From assembly GCA_040954595.2 (NCBI GenBank), contig CM082589.2, positions 3,858,213 to 3,922,212 on the forward strand: a stretch of DNA of 64,000 nt, read 5' to 3'. This DNA is from Balanoglossus misakiensis (Eukaryota > Animalia > Hemichordata). Shown here one piece after another: positions 1-14,900 of the stretch (within the stretch, counting starts at the first letter, position 1; the number at the start of each line of letters is the position of its first letter). Below the pieces are notes generated by a model. It ran no database searches, was not told the origin of the DNA, and saw nothing but the letters and a program-made list of their open reading frames with translations. Position numbers and translations under genes: made by a program.

Positions 1-1622
1 TATACATTACACTTTAACAAGACCACATCAGTAATTTATCTTCCTTTGAGTCTTATTTAGTTTGTCAATCTCTACTTTATGACTTTATGGCTCATCGACC
101 AGAATCTCTGCGAAAACCAATCACTTCATTGTAGATGTCGCCTGTTGTTATTTAAACCATGCCACCGATCACCGATCTAGATCAACTCAATATTTCTGCA
201 ACTGTTTAATGCGCTTGCGAATTAAATCGACCAATTTCTGTCAAGTGAGACAGAAAATGATCGATGTGAACGAGTACAGTGAACCATAGTTTGTTAAAGA
301 CGTGATCGATTGTTTCCTGGTGTTCCAGATGGAAGATGCCAAAAATATCCAATGTTCTATAAAATCTAAATGTAATGTCTCAACATTTCTTAACATCAAG
401 AGTTCATTACCAATTTTCCATCAGGCGTTTCGATGGTGTAATGACCAAACGAATTAAATTCGATTGAATTGAATCGAATACTTTTTATAACTTTTTTTTA
501 CAAATTGCGTTACAATATTTTAAGTTATCTGTTTATTAAATATCGACCGACAAATACCAATAAAAGTGAGGAATATGAATATTTTGGACAAATTCTCAGT
601 TAGGTGGGAACATGTACTCTTAAAAAGTGTTGAAATGTACATTATTGATGGCCGTTAGTATGCAAGATGACCGATCGTTGAACTGTTATTATAAAGGACC
701 GTCCCCATACAAGCACACCTGCGAAGTTGCCACCTTCTCCGTAAATAGGCACTAGACAAGTTAAGTCGGCCAAATCGACTGCGCGGGGTTAATTGGGTCC
801 AAACGTTGAGGGCAAGCATTGCCATGGAAACAGAACAGAAACCATAATTGTGTTCCCATCGAAAATATCCGTGATGATCCCAAATTGCGGACTCCAGTGA
901 GCTTATCGTACAGAGAGAATTACTCATAGAATCGCCAGAGGGGGTTACCTCTCACGATTGCTGTCTTCCTCGTCCACAGTTCGAAAATTCAGAATTATGA
1001 TTATTTAGCTGCAACGTCACAGGCCATTGGAGTCTTAACCAACATGGTGTAACGGGTACGTCACACTTGCTCGTTTTAGTCGGTCACGGTCGCAGCTGTC
1101 CATTGACAAGGTTATAATTAGCATGGCACGTCCCTGCCTTGTTTCCCTGCATGTCAACGAGACACCAACACATTGTAATACGACCGACCCAAGACTTCAT
1201 TTTCTGAACCAGTTTCTGTGCTATAAAAAATGAAAATATAATTAAAGCTGTCAAGTCGATAAATTAGTGTCATACCTGAAAGTTATCATGACAGACAATA
1301 GTGGCATCTTCGTGTATTTAATTCAACGCGACGCATTGTAACTGATTCTAAATTGCCTATTTTAGCGGGCACGCACCCCTTATCGGTGTAGAGAAAATTG
1401 TGAAATTCAGAACTTGTATTGCTGTGACTGTTGCTTTGTTTTATTACATTCTCTTACCATCCTGAGCATGACAAAATGTCCAGACTTCTAACTAAGGTAT
1501 TATTTAGTATTGAGATATTCCAAAAAATGTTATTTGCATACTGAACTTTACCTTCCACAAGTGGTACAGCAGTCAGACATATCTCCCGATAGATACAATG
1601 ACATGACATAACATAAATTTAA

Positions 1623-1915
1623 AGGGGGAAGGTCGTCTGAACTGCACATGCGCGACTTTTCTGTTTATAAACACACCATCTGCATTGTTGCCACCGTTCC
1701 GGGAGATCCTGCAACCAACAGATGCTATATCAAAATAACTTGGATATGTAATAGTAAGGATGCATTTTTGCCATATGCAGTGTAATACAAAGTAACAACC
1801 ACATGTTTTCAATGCAATACATTGTAGCAGTTACATACGCATACTTTTACTTGCTATAGCTATTGTGTCGTATGAGACCAATACACGCAGTCGCAGACGG
1901 GACGACACCCACTCT
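1623..1915. mobile_element. Degenerate TTAA-flanked MITE (Kolobok-like)
   Basis: TTAA at 1619-1622 and 1916-1919; imperfect TIR AGGGGGAAGGTCGTC / AGAGTGGGTGTCGTC; left end is closely similar to the reverse complement of 16255-16285. Confidence 0.45.
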
Positions 1916-2534
1916 TTAAAATCGCGAAAGTGGGAGTACTTACCCTAGCTGAGGTATAACGCGGGGGAAATGTGTTTTTTTTTTGTCACATGCCGTGCAC
2001 TTGCTCAGCGCTGTGTCTAGCCTTGCTCACTAAGGTCCTCTTTCATAAATGAATATTAATTCACTGGTGCAGCCTGTTAGTTTTCCTCAATGCCCTGCCC
2101 ATGATGGATTGCCAAGTGTTCATACACACACACAGCACAATCGAATAATAAACACGAGACACTTACACTGTTTTAGTTATTTTTTTCTTCCTGCGATATT
2201 GTCAACGCGTAAAACATGCAACGGTCTCTGCTCGTAAATTGATTTCTATTTTTAAATTTGATCATTTCACGAGAACAGAAATTTCATACCAGCTGACTGA
2301 GAAAAAACAACATTTTGTGGTATATATATAAAAATCACCCATGGGGACCTATAACGGTATGAAAAAAGAATCTATATCGTAGTTTGTGATACAGTTCCAT
2401 CTATATATTTCATGCTCCATCGAGAGTTAAAAATACACGCAGCTTTTCATGGCAATAGCTCCCACCAATGTATGCGCTGAAATTCAGTGTATTTCTGTCA
2501 CCATCCCTGCCTGCCCTGCGATACCCTTCTGTCA

Positions 2535-2721
2535 TGACGTCATTAATCACATGACACCGGGTTATCTGCGCGACTGGACTCGACTGACGTGTGTAACGTG
2601 AACGCGCGGAGTACATTAGGTAACTTTGCGTGCGCGAGTGTGTGTGTGCGCGACGCGACGCGTCCACTGGAAGCAAAAGTTGACATATTTCCTTCCACCC
2701 GCTGTTGGTTTTTTTTTCCAG
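2535..2721 (+). promoter_or_regulatory. Putative TRPC-A promoter/5'UTR: CRE palindrome TGACGTCA (2535-2542), CpG-rich stretch, probable 5'UTR intron 2620-2721
   Basis: Motif read directly; donor AG/gtaact at 2620 and strong acceptor tttttttttccag ending at 2721, 33 nt before the ATG. Confidence 0.4.
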
Positions 2722-2754
2722 AGGAGTAGCAGTCGAAGCGCCAGCAGCCACATC

Positions 2755-2935
2755 ATGGATTGGGACCGCGGCTCGGCCGCCAAAAACATGGAGCGCCTGT
2801 TCCTGGCGTCCGCGGAGAAAGGCGACAAGAAGGCCATGATTCTCGCGCTGGAGAACAAGGCGCACTTCAACGCCAACTGTGTTGACAGCGACGACAGAAG
2901 CGCATTGGTCATAGCAATACAGAACCGTAATTTAG
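2755..2935 (+). CDS. TRPC: TRPC-A exon 1 (N-terminal ankyrin segment)
   Basis: MDWDRGSAAKNMERLFLASAEKGD...NANCVDSDDRSALVIAIQNRNL; donor AG/GTAAG at 2936, phase 1. Confidence 0.9.
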
Positions 2936-5900
2936 GTAAGTTGTTTTCATTGCAGTTTTCCTCGTTTTATTTGTCTATATCTTTCTATCATGGTACATGT
3001 GCGTCACAACGACCACGGATATTATCAGACAGTCCCAACTAGATCAGCTGACGTGGGTTGAGTTTGTTTTCTGTCTTGTGGGCTCTTAATTTAGAAACCG
3101 TTTTTTTTTCTGTTTCGCTGGTGCAAAGTGATTGGTTATTGTTCAAAGTTTTAACAGGTGGTTAAGAAAGAATGGGGCATGGGGCCCGCACGTTGGTCTT
3201 TTATTGCTAGCGTCCAGAATACTGCGTCAAAACGGCACTGGTGTGGTGGCGCCTGTCAGCGGCATTCTGCACGAAACTCGTTGGAATACCACTGTCACAC
3301 AAATTATGTTACCGCGCGACGACTATCGTGTCTTGAGCTCGGCAACCGCATCCACTGCCGTAAAAAAGCATATATGTGTGTTCGGTCAAGCGTTAATTCG
3401 AAAATATGTTTCAAGCTGTTTGGAATTGACGAAAGACCTTCAATACCACACGGTTTAAAAAGAGGTGACAGACAGGGGTGCCTTTAAAAATAAGCTCCAT
3501 ATGTGTCCCAGGCCTTACTGCCTGACGTTTTATTCCAAAAAAAAAATACTGGTGCTTTCTCCAGATACCCTTGGCCCAAAGTTGTGGTTTCGCTCCAATA
3601 AATATTAAATTGGATCATCATCAGTGCTTTCGACAAGAATCAAAAGCGGTGTGTATTAACATACATAATAATCGATACAGCTGTCGCGGAATGGACAAAA
3701 TTGACGGTGTGTTAAGCGTAATTCTACGCATTACACAAACTCCCAGGCTTTTCACAGTGGTCTTTGTTCTAGGTGTAAAAAATCATATCAAAGGGGAAGT
3801 TAGTTTCCTGGTGAATAAAATTGGCCGCTGGCAGATTCTGAGACCGGTCGAATTAGATTGCATTTTCCCCCTGACCCAAATCTTCATCTGACATATACAA
3901 GCCAGGTATACCTATTTTGCGACCCAGTCCTCGTGTGCCGTTAATTCATACACTAATCAAGACATGGAATGTTTTCACGGCGTCTGAAATAAATAGTGCC
4001 CTCAAAGAGTTTATTAACATACATAATTAATATTTGGCACAGCTGTGATGGAACTGATCAACATTTTATTCTATTATCCTTCGATCGCACAAAAACACCC
4101 CAAATGTGACCCACGATGGTACATGTACTTGGCATTTTATGGTGCTCGCAAATGGTCACCGGCAATGTTTGAAAGAAAATGAAACGGTGATTTCTGTCTC
4201 ATTATCTTGATTTTGATACATCGTGGTGACAATATAAGTATATTCAGTCAATATATATTCGCACTTACATACAAATGTGTAATTTTGGCCTGTTCTTTTC
4301 CTTTTTTACACATACGAAAAAGTCGCGCAATGTACGTGTCGCCCAGAAACATGTTCAGTCCTGTCTGAATTTGTGAGTGTGCAAATAGAGAGAAAATGCT
4401 GTAAAGGACCGTCTATCTATATTCCTCCTGAGAGGAAATAGGAGAAAGAGACAGAAAAAGAAAGACAGAGACATGTGGATAGTCAGTCATACAGAGAAAC
4501 AGATACAGAGACAAGCCGCTGATAGGAACATATGCACAGAGACAGAAACAAAGCGATGTACTGTCTCAGATGGCGCATTATAAATGTCATAATTTATGTT
4601 CATCGCTGTTACTATAGAAACCGTTTGCATAGTGGAATATTTCATTTTAACCTCACCCCCTGTCATTGTTTTATGTCATTAATAATGCGGGTTTGGGGAC
4701 ATAGTACCATCACGTGATCTTTCAAACCTCTTCATGTTGTGCAACCCCAGCTTTTGAAGATAGAAGTTGACGACATTCATCGTTATGATTAGAAAAAAAA
4801 TAGTTTTGTGTGTGGACACTGTGGCCGGAAATAGAAATCGTTTCAGCCGCTTCCTCAGATCATAATACTGTCCTACTTCCGGTTGTAGTTAGTACCTCGA
4901 ACAACAGCTGTCTTTAAACGAATTTCGTCACTTTTCCCTCTTGTCTTAACATAATGAGGAAATAACATTGTCAACTAGCTAATTCAGTATGCTAACAGGA
5001 ACTGCCTTATAAAAACGTTGATGCCATACGTACCACACCCCACTGGTTTATCATAGTCCTATCAAATAAAATTCAACGCGCACCGCTCTCTTTCTAAGTT
5101 AAGTACATCTCGGAACTAAAACATAACGCGACTATTGCGAATGCCTGCACATTTTCGGTGGAAAAGCAGAAGGTGAGAACCGTTCTCGTTAAATGGATAT
5201 AGCCAAAGAGTGTCGAACGTTTCGTGGGTCAATTTTCTAATGTCGCACTCGGCAGGACTGGCGATTGATCGTCGCGGAGGTGGTAAACATTCATCGATTA
5301 GATAACTTCGTCGCCACAGACTTGATTTCAGTTGTAGGACACTTTGCGCAAAGAGAAATCGATAACTAGTTGACAACGATCCTGTGTAATTGAGATAAAA
5401 CCGTAAATTGCGTTTCCAACTTGAGTTTATAGTACTACATTCTGGACCACGTATCATCAACATCCTTGTTTTTAAAATGTAACACAATAAAGGATCAGGG
5501 AACTTGTTAAGTCATCCAAAACAATATGTCGAATATAATTTTGTGTGATTTTATTTTTAACGCACCTTTCTGTGTGTAAATGGTATACGTGCTTTTCAGG
5601 TCGCTCGCATGACATTGCAAGGCAAGCTGAAAACATGTATGTGGGTGCCATGTACAGGAAGATGCTGGTAGCCCTATAATAGCACTAAATACACATATTG
5701 AAAAAAAGAATAGGAAACGACACTTCTTACAATTTATGGGGTCTCACCCAGTCGGCAACGCGGGTTATTTATTCTTTGACACACATGACTTTAATATTCA
5801 AATTTAATAGTTCAAGTGATGCAGTGTATGCACATATGTGTTTCGTCCAAACATGTACGTCGACGCTTTTATAATATTGGATTTTTCGATAGGGTTTTAC

Positions 5901-8900
5901 TATCAAAATATATTTTTAAAAAGTTGAACATAATATCAGAAAATTAAACACAAGTAAATATGCAAAAAAGTCCAAATGAGAATAGATAATTGTCAATAAA
6001 ATAACCCATATTCAAACGAAAGAGGGTTCTCAATATAATACTTCAATCACACATTAGTGTATATTGAAGCTGATATTAGCTTTATATTATTCCAGTGAGC
6101 TTCGCAATTCTAAAAACCCAATTTCCTCAAGCAAAAAGGGAGATATCGAACATAAACTGTAATATTGTGTTAACAAGCTTTATGTCGGTTGAATACCATT
6201 CCAAATTCTTTTCACTGCAACTTTAACAAATCACTGTTCTTATCTTTTTTAAGAATTTGCTCTTTGTATGATATAGTAGGGTTTTTCACTGGTCGTTCAC
6301 ATAAAGTAAAACTTGAATACGATCGCTTGCTGATTTGGTAAACACCACGCCAACATAGTCCATTGATTCTTCAGTAGTCAAAATTGACACATTTATCCGA
6401 TTTCCCCCCTAAGGCGCAGAGAAACCGCTACTAAGAGATAATACACGTACAGGTGACGTCACGCCTGGAAATCATTGCGGCGGTTGTTTTGCACCGATCG
6501 ATCCGAGGCTGTGTGCGTGTGATTGAGTCCCTCACATCGCGAGGCGCGCAAACGAGATGTTTAGACCCACAATTATAACCCCTGACATTTTATTCACCTC
6601 ACGACAGCACTGTATACGTGCTCACAGTGGAATAAACTCGGTTTGCTATTACTACTCGGACAGCATACTTAGCTGTCCGTTTATTTCATGAAGATGATCG
6701 ATACATAAATCATGCACTAGAATTACTTTGAAGCTCCTCTGTGAAAAGGGAATAACTCATCGCAGTCTCATATTTGTCTGATATAATTCAGTATTACAGG
6801 GTCGTGTATCTCTTTCTATCAACTGATCTCCTATGTGTCTATGTGTCGGTACCTCTGGCCTATATTTCAATGGCATGTGAAAATATTAAATATTCGTTTA
6901 TAATACCCTAGACGAGGGCACAATAGAAGAGGCATGTTGCGCCTCTTTGTATTTTATAGATGAAATAATTCCCCGTACGGACAATGATTTATGCTCATTC
7001 TGTGAAGTAGCTGCTTTCCCGCCAATACGATAAATCCTCACGCCTTATTGGAAAAGAATTCTCTTCTTCCGAACAAAGGATATGAATCACGCCGCAGCAA
7101 ATTGGTGCTTTTCGTCATTAGAGCTTAGATGGGACCTGTCACCACACATCGGCTTTTAAGACCCGAGTCTATAACAGGGCTGTCAATCACCTTGTCTCCG
7201 CTGACTAAAAAATCCATCCGCGGGATTAGTTTCATTTTTAATCCGTTATTGCTTTGTCCAAAGCAGTTTTCTACAAACATAAATTTTGCATTTCATGCAA
7301 CTGTCAATGGTCCGTCTTTATCTAGCTGTAAATAAATCACACCAAGGAGTTTCAAGCGCGCTGGCTTCTTTCGTTTAGGGAGAGAACTCTCATCACAGAT
7401 TAATCAATTCGTCTACATGTACATGAAATCGGAATAAACTTCGTGTCAGTGCTTCCAGCCCCCATTGAAGTAGGTAATGGAGGTATTAAGTAGCGTATCA
7501 ATCAGGAGTCGATAAAATATTACTCACATGAGTGTTTACAATAAACGCACAGTGGCTTTGAAGTAAAACTGGCCAAAACTAGCAGCCATAAGAGTAGTTA
7601 AAGTCAATGGCATTTAATCCCCAAGGGCTTTCTATGACAGGAAGGAAGAACGCCATTGTATGCACACCATGTTGTCCAAGAGACCAGGTGTAACACAAAT
7701 TACCGGAAGTGAACGATATACTTTGATCTATAGACCTTTCAAACACCACAACTCTGATTGGCAAATAATAATTACCGACGAAAATTGCATTACTCGAATG
7801 TCGTTCGGCCATCTTCGGATGTCGTCGACCGAGTCATATAAAAACCAACAGAGCTAAACGCTTTTTTACAACAAGGCTATTGGACAATTGACCAGAATTA
7901 ACTAGTTTGTTAATATTTTATGTTCCAGATTTTATCGCTCAGTGAGATTTCATTCCGTTTTATTTCCGTGCCGTTTTGTTTTTTATTAAGTACTAGTATG
8001 TCAGCATGTTGAATGAAATCGTGGAATCGTTTTATTTGTTATACCTACATGCATTCATGGCGTTTGGCATCTGTTCGCCCATATTCGTCTGAACTGTACT
8101 GTTTTGAAAGTAATCACATATATCTATTAAAACCGAACCTCTTGTAATACAACAATATGACCTCCCTGATGTACAAAGAAAACGGCCTTGATGAATCACA
8201 TGCATGTGTGATTGGAACTTTTACACATAATTAAAAACAGATATAGCTTTATGATTTTCTAACACCGATGTCTGAACGTGATGGTGTGAGGCGTTCAAGG
8301 CCGTTGGCGTTATTCCGGTGTAAGTCATTGTCTAAAATGTCACTGTTCGTGTAAATCATGAGATGTGTTGTCATTGTGTGAACACGTGTGCACGGGGTTG
8401 GGTCAACCTCAATGTTTGTGAAGTGATAATTAATCACGTATTCAAAGACCCACCACTACAAACTCCACCCCTACTATACGTGTTGAGAGCATTCGCTGTC
8501 GGTTGATATACACTGATTCGTACAATTTCGCCACACAACATGGACTCGGGAAACAGTCTGTTTTGGGGGTGACTCACAGTCCCTCGGGTTACAGACGTAT
8601 ACTGATGCCCCCATGGCCAGTCAACAGGTGTATACTGTTGCCTCTCCAAATGAGACAGCACACAGCGCATGTACACTGCGCTTTGTCAGTCATCGCCGAC
8701 ACCGGCACGTATACGCAATGCTTCATGATTCCGCCGAGGTCGTTACCCGCGTGTAGCTGTCAACAATTTGACATCTACACGTAGCGAACGCGGAGGTGGA
8801 TCGCCCACCTTTGCGCACAATACTGCAATTAAAAGTGAGCCGTATGTAGACCATGATCTCGCGATCGGCATTTCTGGCGTAAAAAGAGTTTTATGATGAG

Positions 8901-11900
8901 AACGATCACATCTCGTTCGTTTTATTAATTGTATATACCAACAGATGCCGGGGCTACCTCATAAGGTATAGCTGCCCATCGCTGCGCTTTCATTACACCG
9001 CGAATGTCATAGATCATTTCCCGTTGAAAACTTTTCGGGGATAACTTTGTGAACAGTCCGAAAGTCTTTCGTTCCGGATTCCCATTAGATCCTGAGAACG
9101 ACGAAGTCTCCATATAAGGCGACCATGCGCCTTTTTTTCCTAAAAAATCCCATGGGAAATATCGCATCTAATAACCTTACGCACAAATGATCAAAAAGTA
9201 GGATTCTATTACAAAGCGCTATAAAATCTTTATTAGAATCATGATGTATTAACTATTTGATATGCTCGTTCACTGTAATTATTTTCATACTGTAGGCGGT
9301 TGCAAGAAGGCGAGATGATCAATTGAACACGGTCGTATACGGCGATGGGCTCGCGCAAAATATATTAGCCAAACAGTTCGCTGCCGTCGGCTAGAAATGG
9401 GACGAGGCTCCGTCAACTAAATTTTCCCTCTCACTTTGCATTTTATAGAATGTGTGTCCGTCTATAGCCATTATTAGTTCTATACTATTATGTTACTGCT
9501 GAATATAGCTGGACTTAATTTCATCAGCCGCCATCGAAAACAATGCGCACCGTACCTTAGAGTTTATGGCTGTACCCCGGCGGTACGAGAATGTACTTGT
9601 ACACCACGGCGTTTTAATATAAAGATAAACTTCATGACCTCGCTATACAGGACTATCTTACCTGCCATGATCGATAAACATGACGGGAAAAATTGAAGTT
9701 ACTTTGCTTAACAGGCTTTCGTTGAAGCGGAGGTAATCTCACTTTCTGCGAACGTGATTCTGCCCAGAGAGAGTTGTCAGCGTAAAGGTTGACGGACGCG
9801 AAAACATGCAGTGACTGTTTCCATTTTCACTGCATGGCTAATTTTGTCTGTAGATCCGTTCTGACTGACTGGGACGTTACGTTTTTCGATTTTAACACAT
9901 GGACGGCATGACAAGTGGCGCGCTAATTGAACCACTCTTTTCACTTCACTCCGGGGGAGTTCTATCAACCGAATGAGCGCACCTGGTGTTGAGTCGATAC
10001 GGGGTTTGGTTGCAGATGTTGGCGATAACTTGTGCAACTTGATTTCGGGATCTCTAGAGTACACAAATCGTAGCTCGCCTTGTTTCGTTATATCTAAGCT
10101 TTCTATTGGGGGGTGGTGGCGGAAACCTACATAAATTCCATTATCATGTCAAATCGCGGAAAACATGGAGACGAATTTCGTTGATGTGTATCACTCTATT
10201 CATTCTGTTCACGTGACACCTTGCAACAACCCTGGCCTCAGTTTTACATACATATGCAAGCCGTATGCGCGACCATAGGACTAATGTCTACTCGAACAAT
10301 AACCATAATTTAACAGAAGGCACGCCCGGTATGCATGTCATTAAATTTATTTTTATCTGATTCGTGTAACCAGGTCATGCGTGCAATGTGTAAACCTTAC
10401 CACCCAACTTATTACCCTCATATGACATGTAACATATCTCCCCTTATTTGTGTCACTGTCCCTCACCTATAGGAATACACCCACAAATCATTTTATTGAT
10501 CTTCGTCGTCGATGAGTTTTCAAATGTCAACAGAACCCGTATCACTTTCGTCAAACGACGAAATATGTGACAATGGAACATCTGGTAGCCACACTTGCAA
10601 CGGTTCAAGATGACCGTGTTGTAATTGTCATTCTATTTTTGACATTAATCTAGCAATAAATCATCTTGCCTTAAATGACAAAACATATTTGACCTGGTTT
10701 GATAGCATATTATACGACACTACACTTGACGAACATTGCTATATTCCTTTGATGGATTTTTTTAAACGCGCGGAAAAAGAGGTTACAATTATCAGTGACA
10801 CATGTTTGTGGTACTATAGGTGTCGAAAGGCGGGCGCCATCAAAATAATCTGTCCCGTACTTTTGCTCATAGGCAGCATTTCTAAAGGTGGCCAGTAATT
10901 ATTCTTCAATAATATACATGTAGTATTCGCCTCGGGGGTAGATGACAAAAATGATAGTATTCCTCCAAACTTTTCAATTCTTTGTTATTTTATAGAGTCT
11001 AGGGAGTCTTTTCGAAAATAAAGAAGAAAATAGGGTGTTCACCGTCTCGTTTTCATGAACATCGCTACTTCAAGTGGCAGCCATTTTGAATTTCATGTTA
11101 GAGACAAATTTACACAACATTGCTCTGTCATTTCAAATTTTGCACGGTGACCTCTACTTTTATTCTCAATTATAAGAGGAAGGTTGCCTGGAGCAAAAAA
11201 TGAGAACGTTTAAGACTTTGATGCATCTACTGGTCGTTTCATTGATCAATTTTCCCACTTCGAATACGGTTAAGGAAATTAGACTCATTCATGGGACGTG
11301 CAGTTTCAATATGCTGACTGGGTCACCTTTAAGGTAGTTGGAAAGGCTATTTTTGAAGCAAATTCTCTCAGTGTTTGTGAATTTATTTTCACAAGTTAGA
11401 ATAAAGATAATGACTTGAAATTTGCAGCATGTGTTCTTAACAAACTAAAAAGTGAGGGAAAAATATGACTGTAAAAATATCTGCTAAAATTATGAAATTT
11501 GATACGCCTAAATATAAATATTCATAATTTTACAAAATATTGATTGAATCTTGACATGTTTTTACAAATTATTGAATAATTTGTATTCATTTTAATATGA
11601 AGCAACCCCTCCAGCAATGTATGGGACACTTTCAGCAAAAACTTATTTTTTTCAAAGTTATCACTCAGGAAAACACAGTTTTTGTTGATATTTTGTATAC
11701 AACTTTAACGTGCTGCCAAAACACAACGGGAAAACTTATGAAAAAACTGTCCCGTAAAATTGTTCTTTGGGATGTCCCGAGCCTTTCCTGAAAGTTTCAT
11801 GATAAAAAAAATATCTGGCATACCTATTCAATCACAAATAAAAACCATTTTATTATGGCGAAGGGCAGAAAAGTAGCTAAATACGCAAAGTTTAGCGGCA

Positions 11901-14900
11901 GTTCACGGCGAAGGATCGCATTTATCTGGGTCAAACGCTTTTCCGCTGGCTTTTCGGGTTCCCTAGAAATGCAAAAATGTCCATAATTTGGCAGCCTTTA
12001 ATAAACAAGCAAGGTTATCTATCGTTGAAAATTGCAAGAATCAGTGTTTGCAAGTTACATTTAAATGCCCTTGGCTAGGGGAACCCGTCCTTGTGCGCAT
12101 AGCCTAGGAGAAGTCTTCCCCTAGAGGGCGCTCAAATAAGGCTCCCTAGCTTCCTTGCCAGATGAATGAAATTAGGTATCATAAAACCAGCCATATCTTG
12201 TTACACGTTTATTGCCCCGAATTTTTTATGAGTTTAATTTTTCTCTAATACATTTCTAGATATAAATTCAGTGTTTTTAAATGAAATTTTAACTGACGCC
12301 CTAGCCTTTCCAACTACCTTAATTCTGACAGTGCATGCAGGCCTGTACTTGTATGCTAGTTGCAGCATACATGCACATGCCAAATGTACCCGTCACAGCA
12401 GAAATTTCCAGACCAGCATATAGACAGTGAGCTATATTCATACACGTATACTGGGGCTAAACAAACACCAAACCTGGCTTTTTATAGATCTACGGTACGT
12501 GTACGACCAGCACTTTCATCATAGTCATTGCATTTCTAACATTAGCGTACTTATGTCAAATTCGTCGTCACTTTTTGCAACAAAGAAAACGTCTTTCTGT
12601 TCGGCCATCCGCAAATGGGCACAAGACTTCTAAAGGATCTAGACATTAAATGTCGGCAATTTACCCAGTAAAACTAATCTTATACCGAATGTATTAGTAG
12701 TTATGAATCATCAATACAGCGCTCGCGTAGTATTGATAAAATGCAAATGTGCCTATATTAATTATTGAGGGTATTAACTTGTGGGCGTTTTTCATCTGCG
12801 ATAATATGACCTACCCGTGCACGTATACTAGTATGCTTGCCTTAGCGTATTCACCGTAGTTGACCGTGTATAGGGTGCTTGCTTGTGTACCCTGGTGTGT
12901 GTCAGATGGTTCTAGGAAAACAATGCGATATTGATACCAACTATATGACGATCTTCGAATTGGTTTCCTGAAATACCAACAGATCGGATGTTTATTTAAC
13001 AACCCATTGACACATTTTTATCAGACTCATCTGATTATTAGATATGATTCTGTTCAGGAGGTTATTCCACGGCGCTAAAGTTTTTAAAGGATGTTTGCTT
13101 AGATATCATATAATTGGTTTGCTTTTTCATTGAGATCAAGACGCATGCGTCAGTAAAGAGCATGCCGTGAATGATATTCCGATCCAATCAGTGGTGATAA
13201 TGTACTTTCAGTGGTTTTTGAATTTTTGCTTGGTTTAATACCATTTTGGAACAGGCATTGTGTGCATATCATGGCGGGGCATCATACTACAATGTCAAGG
13301 TTTTAAAAACCGACTGGCTCTGATTTTTGAAATTTGAAACTCCCAGATTCATTATATGAAAAAGTAAATTTTATTGTAAAAGATGTATCTTGGGTTTAGT
13401 TTATAACATAATAATGGCGACCCTGTTCTTTGAAGGTAATTAATATCCGTGGTTAATTAACGGGTCGAATGTACTTTCCAGTATTTCTGGAGATGAGCGA
13501 AAACACCTCAGAATTGCTGGTTGTGTGGCACACATATTTCCACTCCAGTAAACACGGGCGAGCTTCATCGTTTACCGCCTCTGGCTGTTTAAGGTAGATT
13601 AAAACACTAATATTTCCTTTCATAATTAAATTCCCGTTTGAGAAATATCAAGGGTAATGCAATGTACAGTAGGCTAATTGTGCGGCAACCTTTAAAGGGA
13701 CAAAGTCTCTCTCTCGCCACCCTTTTTCCATTAATTATGTTTGATGCAAGACACTGTTTATGTCATTCTACATGTGGATATATAGTGAAGGGCAGCGAGA
13801 GAGAGACTTTGTCCCTTTAAACTCACAATACGAATAAATGTGATATTTGCCGCCATTTTGGATTTTAAACAATTGTAATTTGGGACAACTTTTATTCCGA
13901 TTTTAAAAGCATTTGATACATTCGTAACCTTTATTGTGTTTTCAATGAGACAATTCTAATATCGCTAATGGAAGTTTAATATAGTCAATAATCTTAGGGA
14001 TATGTAATGGTTTCCACTGTTTCCACAGACAGTAATCCATAAAGTTCAAACACCACCTCACTATGTCGCGTCTGACATCGACGTTAACTAGTCTATATAC
14101 ATCGTGTCTCGCGGGATTCCAAATTAAAAGTGTTTACGTGCAAGTGATGAACGCGACCATTAATTACTTCCACACACCGACGCTGCAGGTGTTGCAAAAA
14201 AATAGCGCATTAGGAGAAGCATTTGTTAATTACTGAGTGACACACGAAAACATTTCAAGGCTGAGACTCTTTAATAAAAACAAGTGTGTCAAAACTCTTC
14301 AAATCTCGTCCCCTCGAAAAACGGGGTGCCCAGCCCAGGCCAGCTGTTCAGTGAGCGTGATAAATACACAGGTAACCGACCTCTGCAACACACAGTTGTG
14401 TTTCCAGGGTCCTATCACCCTACGTGCCATAATTGTCGACCCCTATTGTATATCAGGCTCGCTGCTGTTGTGATGAAACAGATTACATGGACTCAGTACA
14501 ACTTTGCAACAATGACAATATATGTCATATGGTGGGTGTGCACAGTTGAAACACTGGATTTGCTAATAAATTGAACACTACATGAAAGGCATTTGCCTAC
14601 ATATCCTGCACATACTTCTCAGTAATATTTTGATTTACACGACGGGCGATTGTATATACGCTATTCTAATTTTAATCCGTTGAAACATAGAATGTGGGTT
14701 GACAAGAGATTGCGATAAATTCTGACTGCAATCAATTCCCTCTTGAGACATAATATAAAAATGCGTTATATCTTTATGTATTGCCACAAATGAAATGACG
14801 TTTTTTGATTAAAATGATTTTTTTGTTGATTGCTGATAGTTTGTGCCATTCACAATACAAGTATGTTTCCTGCATATTTCAGATGGGTTGGCATACATTG